Source of the DNA: Octopus bimaculoides
Taxonomy: Eukaryota
DNA length: 64,000 nt
Assembly (NCBI RefSeq): GCF_001194135.2
Contig: NC_068984.1
Span: forward strand, 86,670,477 to 86,734,476
Direction: 5' to 3'
Under the pieces are notes generated by a model, which was not told the origin of the DNA, searched no databases, and saw nothing but the letters and a program-made list of their open reading frames with translations. How positions within the stretch are numbered: position 1 is the first letter of the stretch; each line of letters starts with the position of its first letter. The translations under genes were made by a program, and so were the position numbers. Of this stretch, positions 1 to 10,795 are shown in pieces.

Positions 1-318
1 GGTGTCATAGAATTGGTCTTTCAGACCATCTGGTAGCCCAGGTTGAGGTGCATAGGCTGAGATGACAGTAGCTAATCTATGATGAAGCACTAGTCTGATC
101 TTAAGTACTCTGTCACTTACTCTAACGACCTTGATTACCTTATCCACCCATTTCTCCGCTAGAAGTATTCCTACGCCCCCGACCCCGTCAGTGTTCCCTG
201 CCCAGAAAATCTTGTACCTGTGTTCTTTGCCTGTGAGGAACCTTGCAGAACCTCCTCTCCATCTTACTTCCTGGATGCAGCACATATCTACGCATCTCCG
301 TTCAAGCATCTCAACAAA
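1..318 (-). mobile_element. RTE-clade LINE, AP-endonuclease region (5'-truncated, continues off the window), antisense within a RACGAP1 intron
   Basis: The minus frame is open from 318 to 1: FVEMLERRCVDMCCIQEVRWRGGSARFLTGKEHRYKIFWAGNTDGVGGVGILL...VISAYAPQ...KDQFYDT. IQEVRW, GVGILL and SAYAPQ are typical RTE APE motifs. CpGs are retained, suggesting a young copy. Confidence 0.9.
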
Positions 319-541
319 TCCTTGTACAAGAATGTTGTTGATAGTGACTTCAGAGGTTCAGCCAGCTATGCCATTGTAGGACAATGGCTTAGCTGGCCAA
401 AACTTTGAATTCAGTCAACTACATTCTTGTATAAGAAAAATAAATTTGTACTCCACAAAAGCACAGAGTAACCTATAACCCATCAGATTAATGTAAAATT
501 GTTTTTATTACAACTGAACATAAAATCAAACATTGTGTGTG

Positions 542-592
<51 letters not shown>

Positions 593-1497
593 TTCAGGTC
601 CCTGACTTGAAGTATCAATAATGACTTTCATGTCAAGTATATTATTAACACTGGACCTGGGTGCTTTACTGAAACCTGTTTGCTACCTCGTTAGTCTAAG
701 TGTAACCTCCACTTAACCGTGTATTCATCTGATGATATTACTATAATTAAGGATGTGCTGTACATTTTCAGAGTGTACATTATTAGTGAACACCCTTGTA
801 AAATTAGTCCTAGCTTCTGAATAAAGTCTTAAACACTTGTCTATTTAAAATGATTATTGATCATATGAGAATGTTTATTGCAAATAGTTAACATCATTTT
901 AGGATGAGATTTATATCTCCTTCACTTATTGCCAGAATCCTGAAGAGTTTTGAGGTTACTGTGACATTTACTGCTCACACACATCTGAGGTACTTGTTCC
1001 TTGTAAATACTCTTCTGTTATCTGAGGTTAAAAATATTTCATAGTGTTGTGAAATATTACTAATGTCATATCTTTGGAAAAACGAATGGACTTGAAGAAT
1101 TAGTGAATGTCAAGTGGAGATCTAAATTATTTTTGCAATAATTCAGACTTGCTAAGAATATACTCATGAATCTTTTATTACATAAATTTTGTTGCTGCAC
1201 AGACTTTTATTATGGTATTATAATTTTACTTGTCATGTTGTTGCAGAGTATCATAACTGCATTATTGCATTAGGTTTGTACCATTCCTTAATTCTATGTA
1301 AGGAAATATATTTAGCCAGTTCTGGTTGCATCAATGTTAAACAACATGAAAATAGGTTGAAATCTCAATCCTTCAGCTGTCCAAATCATATATTCATTAA
1401 AGTATATTTTAGTACAAAATACAAGTTTAAATAGGGTTTTTTTTATTTTTTTATATATATAGAATCCTCTACTTTGTTCTGTTTTGTTACATTGCAG

Positions 1498-1585
1498 TGT
1501 TACACAGCATGCTGGGGCCAGTTGGACTAACACCAACAGGATCTTCAAACAAAAAATTCACTACTGCTTCATCATGTACACCTAG
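1498..1585 (+). CDS. RACGAP1: RacGAP1/CYK-4-like, penultimate coding exon ((V)LHSMLGPVGLTPTGSSNKKFTTASSCTP(R))
   Basis: Acceptor ttgcag|TG and donor AG|gtaact; 88 nt, phase 1 to 2. SMLGPV..TP and TPR resemble the human RACGAP1 tail (VSLLGPVTTPE...TPRFG), from recall. Confidence 0.75.
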
Positions 1586-1755
1586 GTAACTATGCTTAGT
1601 AATTCCATTTTATTCAGCTACAAGCCAGTTTTAACAAGTCTTTATTTTTCTGTCTATATACATGTTACAGCAACTCTTGTTTTAAGATTGTGTGTGGGAG
1701 AAAGCTGGTCAAACATTAAGCTTTTGATGAGTTATTTCTATTGTCTCTATTTCAG

Positions 1756-1828
1756 ATTTGGACAGAAAAATGGACGATTGCCAAATAAAAGAACTAAACA
1801 CTTCTTTGATTCACCGAATCTAGAGTGA
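1756..1828 (+). CDS. RACGAP1: RacGAP1/CYK-4-like, terminal coding exon ((R)FGQKNGRLPNKRTKHFFDSPNLE*)
   Basis: Acceptor ctatttcag|A; the phase matches the previous exon. The ending FFDSPNLE* resembles human RACGAP1 FFASPMLK*. The GAP domain itself is not in the window. Confidence 0.75.
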
Positions 1829-2396
1829 CTTGCCTCTTCTCTCCACATCTTCACACTTTCTTTATGAATATAAACACATATACATTTTTATAAAGCATAT
1901 TTTATAAAATTGCTTCACACTTTTTCTGCATTCATAGTCTTTATGGTAAAAACAGAAGTTTCTCTAATGCTCTACAACTCACCAACAGTAAAGGTTCCAT
2001 TTATAATGCTTTTGATATGTTTTTATATTCAACTTTGATTTTGTAGTAATTTTCTATAACATGGCTGTTGTGTTATGGTCATCATCTGGAATTCTGTAAC
2101 AAACAAACAAGCAACTATAGTAATAAGCTATTAGAATCACTGCTAGACGGTTTTTAACACATGCTGAACTTCATAACATAGAAGAACAAGAGCCACTCAT
2201 CTTTGGACATTTTTTTTTTATACATTCTAAATTTTATAATTACTTTTAAGAAAGGGTTAGGGTTCCTGAGGATCTTAATATTAAGAAAATATCAGTTAAT
2301 AGTTTTCAATTTCAGGAATATTTTTATCAGGCATTTTAAAATTGTTAAAAGGTAAACATAACTATGCCAAATCAAGTTAACATTTTGCACAACTTT

Positions 2397-2402
2397 AATA
2401 AA
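2397..2402 (+). terminator. Candidate polyadenylation signal for the RACGAP1-like gene
   Basis: AATAAA about 570 nt after the stop, followed by T-rich sequence. AATAAA is common in DNA this AT-rich. Confidence 0.3.
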
Positions 2403-3799
2403 ACATGTTTTGAAATTTGCTAATAATATAATTTTAAAATGCTCTCTTATGTTGATTAGAAAGTAAAATTAATTTTATTTACATTCACGTCTTTTTTTGT
2501 TTTTTCGTAAATTATCTCTTCAGCTAAGCTGACTCGTACAAAACCACTTCTCTTCAAACTTTAGTATTTACTGATAAATGAGAGCTTGTTATAAGTTTTT
2601 ACAATCTTCATTATTCATTTTTACTAGTTTTAATCATTGGGTTACTGCTGTGTTGAGGTATATTTTCAATGATTTTAGTCAATCATATCAACTCCAGTGC
2701 TTATTTTATTGGTCTGTCATACTGTTAATTTTTGCTTTTAATTGTATCTTATAATTGAGATGAAGTGTTTATAAATTCTCTATTCAGTTTGTTTTCTAAT
2801 CGAAGAATTAAAATCTTTTTCCAAATCTCAAATGGGATTACTACTTAGATAATTTAATATTATCCATACTTTATATAGCAAAATATAAGGTGATATTAAT
2901 TATAATTTAATATTGTCCATACTTAATGTAAATAAAATATTATCTAATGTGTTGGCATATTTTGTTTTCATTTTTAGAATAAAGAACATCATTGTAACAT
3001 TCACTTTTACCGTGGATCAAACAAGATTTAATGAGACAGTTTTTTTTTTGTTGTTTTTTTGCTATGCCAGGATGCCATTCTCATCAATCTTTACTTGTTT
3101 CAAGATAAGGTACTTATTTCCCTGTCTTTTGAATAATGAGCCTGTCAGTGGCAGGCATTAACCATGCCATCATCTATGTATTGGTCAGCCCATTGTACTT
3201 TGTAGCAGGAATGAACCTGAAACCACAGGGTTGTAAACAGACTTCTTAACCATGGTTGTGCTTGTGAAGAGAATAAAGTCTTCATTTCAATTTTTTTTTT
3301 TTTTATAAACTCCTGTCTAATAACAGGAAACAACTTATGAAATTTTGAGCCAAGTTTCCTCAAATTATACCCCTCCATCTGAAAAATAAAAGGACCAGAT
3401 AGTCATGGTTGGAATGGTAGTGATCACAGGTCTGCACAGTCAAGGCTAACCTGGGTTAAATAACATCTGTTTATTCACATATTTAGCAGTATTGTAAATT
3501 TTAATAGCTAGTGGCACCTTAGGCAAGTGTCTTCTACTATAATCCTTATTTAGGTGGAGATATGATATTATTGGGAAATTAGCATAATGGAATAGTCAAT
3601 CATACCTCGTTTAACCAACAAGTTCTGGATTAGAGCTGATTTAAAGCTAAACATACTTGTTTAGTACAACACATCACCATGAGTTAGCAATTGAGATAAT
3701 ATCTATCACAACAAATGAACTCTATAAATAAATAATGGATTAAGAATATGAGTTTACATGACATGCTTTACACAATTAAACATTTGAAAATAATCATAA

Positions 3800-4150
3800 G
3801 CTTCATGTGCAACCGCACAGTTCTGGGTTCAGTACTTCTGCGTGATACAGTTAGCAAGTATCTTCTACCATAGCCACGAACTGACCAAAGCCTTGTGAGT
3901 GAATTTGGTAGATGGAAACTGAAAGAACCTATTCATATATGTGTGATGGTTGTAAATGAGTGTTCCCATCATGTGAAGTGGTGTCCTTCATTTCTAAATT
4001 TCAGTGAAAATATGTCTGGTCATGGAGAAATATTACCTTGCTTGGAAAACAGGTGAGGGTTGAAGACAGGAAGCATGTCCTACTTTAGAAAATATGCCTC
4101 AAATACTGTCCAACCTATGCAAACATGGAAATGGATGTTAAAATGATGAT
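3800..4150 (+). mobile_element. tRNA-derived SINE with an RTE-like 3' tail (decayed)
   Basis: Head gttctgggttcagt...gcaagtatcttctac matches other copies in the window; tail gcaaacatggaaatggatgttaaaatgatgatgat. Confidence 0.75.
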
Positions 4151-4301
4151 GATGGTACTTCAAGCTCAATTTAAGTGTTTATTTTTAATGGACCACTAAA
4201 AATGATCAAATATTGGATTTATTGAACCAGTGATATTGAACCAGTGATATTGACCAGAACTGAAGTTTTTTCCAGCTTACTAAAAATTTGAAATCATTTA
4301 A

Positions 4302-4500
4302 TCCTTTAGCATTTCAACCAGCCATATCTAGCCTAAATATTCAGTTTTATGTTCAAACCAGACAGATGCAACTTCTCACACCTACCCTACAATGTCCTAA
4401 AAATAAACAATCACATCATGAAAATCTCATAGCTGCATGATGTTGCATGATTAATTCAAAACAATGTGAATAAATAAATATTACATTTGACAAAATAATC
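4302..4500 (+). mobile_element. piggyBac-like MITE, family 1 (right end truncated)
   Basis: ttaa|tcctttagcatt start; the body matches copies at 19827, 30708 and 32930. Confidence 0.7.
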
Positions 4501-7500
4501 AGGCTTTTGTAAGTTATGACAAATCCTGCACTCAATATCCAATTCCTAAGTGTTCCAACTTTCAATAACATATAAAAATTTTTAAATCCTCTAGTTTTAG
4601 CGAATATCTCTGGCTCAGTTATACCAACATTTTATAATTTCTTGTGCTCTATTAAAAGTATAAACTAGTAAAATTAACATATATAGACAGACATGTGGAC
4701 TTCTTTCAGTTCCTGTCTATTAAATCACAAGGCTTTGATTAGCAGAGGCCACTTCTTAACTACCCAGCCATACCTGTGCCTCAATAAAATAGTAGTCAAA
4801 TACTAGGGTCAATTTATTTCACTCCCCACCTCCCAAATTTCTGTCCTTGGGCCTATTCTAGAAAGTTATTGTTTTATTGAGTCCAATGACAATCCTGTCC
4901 TAGAAAGGAGAGAATATCCTGTCAATATACCCAAGGCCAACTCATGATTAACCAAGACATGAATCAATGATTATAATCAAACATTGTTAGCAAATAAAAC
5001 AATTTATGGCCAGTCGTATTTCAAATATTTTATTTAAAGTATAGAAAGTAAGACCCAGACTATTTGCTTTGTCAGTGATTTTGTAACTATACACCAGGTT
5101 AGAAATAGACATACATGAAAATATAGAGCACGAGATTCAAATTGTATGGAGAATTTCCTAATTTCAGATGAAATTCCTTTGGAGAATTTAAGGGAAGTTT
5201 AGATTTATGTACACTAATAAGCCCCATGTATGCAGTTTGTAATAATTTCCTTCAGGACATAATAAAAATTGACTTTTTTTAAAATTCAAAACCTTTAACT
5301 GAATTCGTTGGGTTTTATTATAAGATTTAAAAATAAATATTTTAATTAAGCTTTTTTATATATATATATAATTAGTTTATTTATTTAGGAAATTTAGAAT
5401 GGTTTCATTACATAAAAACATATATGAATCTAATGCTGGGGTTCTTCCCATACCCCAGTGCTAAATGAAAATACGATTAATTGTAAATGTGGCAGATAAA
5501 TTTTTAGTGACAGGTTAAATTTCTTTTTCTTTTGCATCTCCATTCTTCAAATGCCTCAAATAATTTTGGAATACTCTTTCAATAATCTTCATAATGTCAC
5601 CGGTTAAATTAGAAAATCCATTTTTTACATAATAATACTTTGAATTCACCTGTCAAGTGTATAACTATTATATTATTTATGATTTAAAAGTTTAACTATC
5701 ATAAATTAAAGCTATTTGATTTCAGAATACTTAATAAAATATTAGATATTTTGAAATGAGAGGATGGCTGCAGTGAACTACATGCTTGAAGGCATATAAC
5801 TAAATACCAATGACTGAGAATATATTGGAATAATACTATTGACAAAGCAAATAAGCTGGAACATCTAGAGAGAGAGACCAAGTCAACAAGTTACATGAAA
5901 TACAATTTGCAATGAATATATCAAATACTGGTTACTCCATTTTTTTTTCAATAGTTTGATTCTGAGTCCATCCAGTCTTTAATCTAAAATTTTCTTGAAG
6001 AAAAAAAAATGTTAAAAAACAAAAACACGATACTGGTCATCATCACTTTTAACATCCATGTTTCCATACTGGTGTTTTCAGATAAAGATTATCTCTAAAA
6101 ATAACATGATTTGATTTTATTATAACAACTTTTTTTTTTCTTTTCATTCAGTACATTAGTTAAGTTCTAAAGTATAATTTTATCACAGAATGTCATAATG
6201 GAATGATCATATAGATTTAATGTAAGAAGTGGAATTAAACATGCACACTGACAACAAACCAACTAATTCAATTTCTGATATTTACAAATCTGTTCTCAAA
6301 AATATGAACAGGAAGCACAAGTATTGGAATAATAATTTCTCATAGAAAATTGAGTTGAAAAAAAGTATAAGCAATTCCACAGAAGAGTCATGAGAGCTAT
6401 TTAAAACACACTCTATATTTAATTTTGAGATATTAGAGTATACAATAGCATCAATGTTTTTGTCGTATATCTCCGACCTAGTCCCTTAATTTCACTGCAG
6501 TAAAATATTGGCATGTGTGTTTTCAAATGGTTACCCTTACTCTTCTGATTTATTTCAGTTTCAACACACCATCTCAGGTTGAGGCATTTACCAAAGCTTT
6601 TTTTAAAAAAAAAAGATAAATAAAATTGAACATTTAAAAAAAACAAAAAAAAAACGGTAAGACTTTATACTTGATTTAGCATAGAATTAACTGACCATCA
6701 GAAGATAATGAGTGAATTAGATTTCTGTCCAGGTTACCATTGCTTTCCAACAGCTATAAAACCTGATTATTTTTCAATAACAATTTTGTTAACCTCACAA
6801 GAAAAACTATTTGGTTGTAGAAAGCTAGTTAGAGTTAAACATTAATTGATTAGAATAGAAAGCCACTGATCACATTAACAAAAAATTCATTAAGTTATAA
6901 AAATATTGAAACTGAAGAGACTCAAAATATTCCGCATTATAAAAGGCAAGAAACAGTTTTCAATGACTGTTTTAATAGATAAGATATTACAGAGTAGAAC
7001 TGGATTGATGTAAGTTTTCTAACTGACTAGGAATCATTTCATTTCCTTGTAAGACGTATGATCATCCCACAGTCATCTTCCTTATAAATATAAGTCTTTG
7101 TACCAATGTACAACAAATAAATTATCAGTCTAGGTAGCTCCTAGAATGTTATTTATTTGAGTTATTTATTCAGCAATCGTTGATTGGAGTAAAATGTCTG
7201 CTTGTAAATAGTAACAAGTTTGTATTGTAACACTGAGCTCCTGCCTCATATGATTTAGTGAATTAACCAGTAAGCCAATGAGAGAGCCTATAGATGGTCA
7301 CTACAAATAGGCTAGAAATAGCCAGCAAATCTCCTAACCACATTCTGTTATCTAAAAGGACACAGTGTATATTATGCATATGGAGTACAATATTTCTAGG
7401 GGAAAAAGATGGGATTGGCATACCCTTAATCGAGTCCATCTTTGCTGTCTTACTTAGTTCCAAGTGGTGTTTTTCTACTGTGCTGAAATCAAATCCCATA

Positions 7501-7549
7501 AAAATAGACTAATATGACAGTAAGCAAAAAGTATTTAAAACCATTACTA

Positions 7550-7693
7550 GCAGGCATGGCCGTGTGGTAAGAAACTTGGTTCCAGGTTCAGTCCCACTGT
7601 GCGGCACATCGGGCAAGTGTCTTCTACTACTGCCTCAGGCTGACCAAAGCCTTGTGAGTAGATTTGGCAGATGGAAACTGAAAGATGCCCATC

Positions 7694-7725
<32 letters not shown>

Positions 7726-7950
7726 NNNNNNNNNNTGTATCTGTGTTTGTCCCCCACCACCATCATTTGACAACTGATGTTGGTGTGTTTATGTCCTCAT
7801 AATTTAATGATTCAGCAAAAGAGACTGATAGAAAAGTACTAGGCTTACAAAAAATAGGTCCTGGGGTTGAGTTCTTTGACTAAAACCCTTTAAGATGGTG
7901 CTCCAGCATGGTCATAGTCAAATGACTGAAACGTAGAATAATAAAAGAAT
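7550..7950 (+). mobile_element. tRNA-derived SINE, family A (contains a 10-N gap in its TA tract)
   Basis: Head ggcatggccgtgtggtaag...ggttcagtcccactg, central TA tract, tail gactgaaac; aligns by eye to 43631-44030. Confidence 0.85.
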
Positions 7951-8769
7951 ATGCACAAAACTTTCTTTTAAATTTAAATCTATACTAATATACTGATCTA
8001 TAATAGCTAAACTAAAATAGTTTAAGGTTGTCAAGAAGCCTGTTGAAAAAGAAACAATGTCACTCATAGTTCATAATAGTCATCATGCTGCAAACAGAAA
8101 GGTTTAACTGTATTTAACAGGTGTGAAATTTGAAGCATCAAAAGTATTACAAGGACAGGCAGAAGGTTATATGAAGAAGAAAAAAAGTACAGCATACCAA
8201 GAAGGAACTCGAATGAAGATGCTAAAGTTTGGTGAATAGAGGCGTGGGGAGGTTTAAGCCTCTTGATGCCAATCCACCTGAAACAGCCCTTACTTTTATG
8301 ATATAAATTTCATGCTTTAAAATATCTTAGTTAAAACCTTCCATCAAAATTCAATGTTAGTTTATGTTTCAAACACCAGCTTAATAATGACAAAATTTAT
8401 TTTACTAAATTTTCCATTATTATCAAAATTAACTGAAACAACAGCAGTGAATGTCAACAGAAATATAGCTTTCTTTCTCAGTTATATGTGTGGTTTCGAA
8501 ACACACATTAAAAAACAATCTCTTAAATAAAAGAACAGGACAAAGGTACTTCCAATCAGAGTAGGAAAATCTCTAAGTTATGTTTGTTTCATTACTATTT
8601 AAACATAACAGCTCTAAATCCAACAAGAGTGACTCCCACTATTATGATAGCTACAGATTTAAAAGTAATTTTGAATCCATGGAAAAATATCATTAAGCCT
8701 GGTATTTTTGATTTTTTTTATAAATCAAAGTAAAGGGTAGCATCTATGACCCATTAGCATTTTTTCAGG

Positions 8770-9305
8770 GATTCTAAGAATGGTAAAGAAGAAGTCATTC
8801 TCAAACTAGAGACATAACCCAAATACTTGTGACAGAGATCTCCATCAAAGTCATCCAAGGACCAAATGGTAATGTTAACCCGAGCAATCTGATTCAGTTT
8901 ACCATCCAAGAATTCAGAACGAGTGAATACCACAAGGAATCTTGTCCAACACTGGACTGGAACAGAATGGAGTGACCATAACAAGGTTTGAACTCGGAGA
9001 ACAAACAGCTGAAACAAATGCCACGAGGTATTTTATTCTGTGTGCTAATGACTCTGCCCAAGTCTCCATCAATTTTTGCACAAATATATACATGTATATG
9101 TGTGAGCATGTATGTATGGCTGGACGTGATTGGTGAAGATCTCCAGAGGCTCGACATCATTTTGGAGGATGCAGAGGGATTGGCACAGGACTACCAGCAA
9201 TGGAAAGCACTGGTGGACCTGGTCCACTCTACACATGATGATGTCTCTGGGACCACTAACCTGGGATGATCCCAGCCCCACCAAGTAAGAGCATCAAGCA
9301 AGCAA
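8770..9305 (+). mobile_element. Degenerate non-LTR retrotransposon 3' end
   Basis: WLDVIGEDLQRLDIILEDAEGLAQDYQQWKALV resembles a LINE RT C-terminus; it ends in a short (AAGC)n tail. Confidence 0.6.
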
Positions 9306-9332
9306 GCATATGTGTGTGTGTGTATCAATATA

Positions 9333-10540
9333 TTAGGTCATTAAGACTGAAATGTTTGATTTTCTTATGCACCAAGTTTGATAGTCGTTAACTCTAATGT
9401 TTTATCCTGACAATTCTTTGTTTTACAACATTGAAGAGTTACATCATTTGAAATGCAATTCATGGTGTCTGATTATTTTGAGAGTTTTTTTCTGTAAATC
9501 AATTTTTGTGAACCCATGGATAGATCAAAAATTCATGTTGTTTATGAATATGAGTTCCATTGTGGAATCAATGCATCCCTGACAGCTTGAAAAATCAATG
9601 AGGTGTTTGGTGAAAATGTGGCAAATGAGTGCACTGTATGTTGATGGTTTGAGAAGTTCCAGTCTGGTGACTTTACTCTTGAAAATAAGCCCCATGGTAG
9701 ACACATCTCAAACTACATATGAGTTAGCAGCAAGGTTTGATGTTTCAATTCCAACTGTATTGGACCATCTGAAACAAATTGGCATGGTAAAGAAGCTGGA
9801 TAAGTGGGTACTACACATACTGAACGAGCATCAAATGACACATCATCTTGAAACTTGCTGTTCTTTGCTGTCGTGGCATAAAAGCGAACCATTTTTGCAT
9901 TGTATTGTTACGTGTGATGAAAAATGGATTCTTTTCAACAATAGCAAGATGATTGGATAGAAAGTGCCAAAACACTATCCAAAAAAGAATATTCACCAAA
10001 AAAAGCTAATGGTGTCTGTTTGGTGGTCTAGCGCTGGTGTCATCTCCTATAGCTTTATGAGACCTGCTAAGTCAATTACAGTGGATGTATACATCAACCA
10101 ATTGGATGAAATGATGAGTGAACTTGCAATTAAACAACCGAGATTGGTCAATAGAAACAGGCCAATTCTCTTGCAAGACAATGCTCAACCACATGTTGCA
10201 CAAAGAACGCAACACAAGTTACAGGAACTGAACCTGGAAGTACGCTGTCATCCACCATATTCACCAGAATTTGCACCAACTGACTATCATGTTTTCCAGG
10301 CATTAGACAACTTTTTACAAGGAAAAAAACTTCAAATCTGAAGATGCAAAAACAGCCTTTCGTGATTTTATCACCTCTTGCTCTCCAGAATTCTTTGCTG
10401 CTGGCATAAGCTACCAATAAAGCGGCAAAATTATGTTGATAATTTAGGTGCATACTTTGATTAACTGCATTGCTCTTTGTTGAGATAAAGTAAAATAAAC
10501 TTTCAGTTCAAAATCAGAGATTTCATTCTTAATGACCTGA
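9333..10540 (+). mobile_element. Mariner (DD34D) transposon, about 1.2 kb, both TIRs present, transposase disrupted
   Basis: About 30-bp imperfect TIRs (ttaggtcattaagactgaaatg / catttc-like right end ending aatgacctga), TA on both flanks. ORFs 9598-9960 and 9964-10341 carry KLDKWVLH, TCDEKW, LQDNAQPH and YSPEFAPTDYHVF, with stops and frameshifts. Confidence 0.93.
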
Positions 10541-10660
10541 TATATAGACTATATAAAAGTTGTTCATAAAGATTTTGTCTACAGTCCATGGATGTAGTAA
10601 AAATAATATTTTAATATCTTAATGGCTGCAGTACTAATAAATTATCTTTAATAGTTTCAG

Positions 10661-10795
10661 TCAGAAGGACTGAACTTGTACCTGGCTTCTGACATTGCTA
10701 AGATTGATGTTCAGCTTAAACATCTAAGTGAACTTCAGTATGAAAAGCATTCCAGAAGGTTGACATTCATGAGAAAAATGACTGGAAAGAGTGAG
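10661..10795 (+). CDS. Orphan exon-like ORF (SEGLNLYLASDIAKIDVQLKHLSELQYEKHSRRLTFMRKMTGKSE), product unknown
   Basis: tttcag| acceptor and |gtttgt donor (alternative |gtgagg at 10791). The 45-codon frame is bounded closely by the splice sites and the other two frames are closed. No family recognised. Confidence 0.35.

Noticed and set aside
3071-3109. 39-nt + strand mini-exon (DAILINLYLFQDK) with a good pyrimidine tract
   Set aside because: It is too short to tell from chance and sits among repeat remnants.
3145-3378. 77-aa - strand ORF behind an apparent acceptor
   Set aside because: It contains a long A run and overlaps a decayed SINE head (about 3200-3265); no homology recognised.
4219-4256. 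14-bp tandem repeat and other short direct repeats as CRISPR-like arrays
   Set aside because: There are no unique spacers and no cas genes, and the context is eukaryotic; these are simple slippage duplications.
7263-7499. 78-aa - strand ORF with possible splice sites
   Set aside because: The phases do not chain with other candidates and the peptide is unrecognisable.
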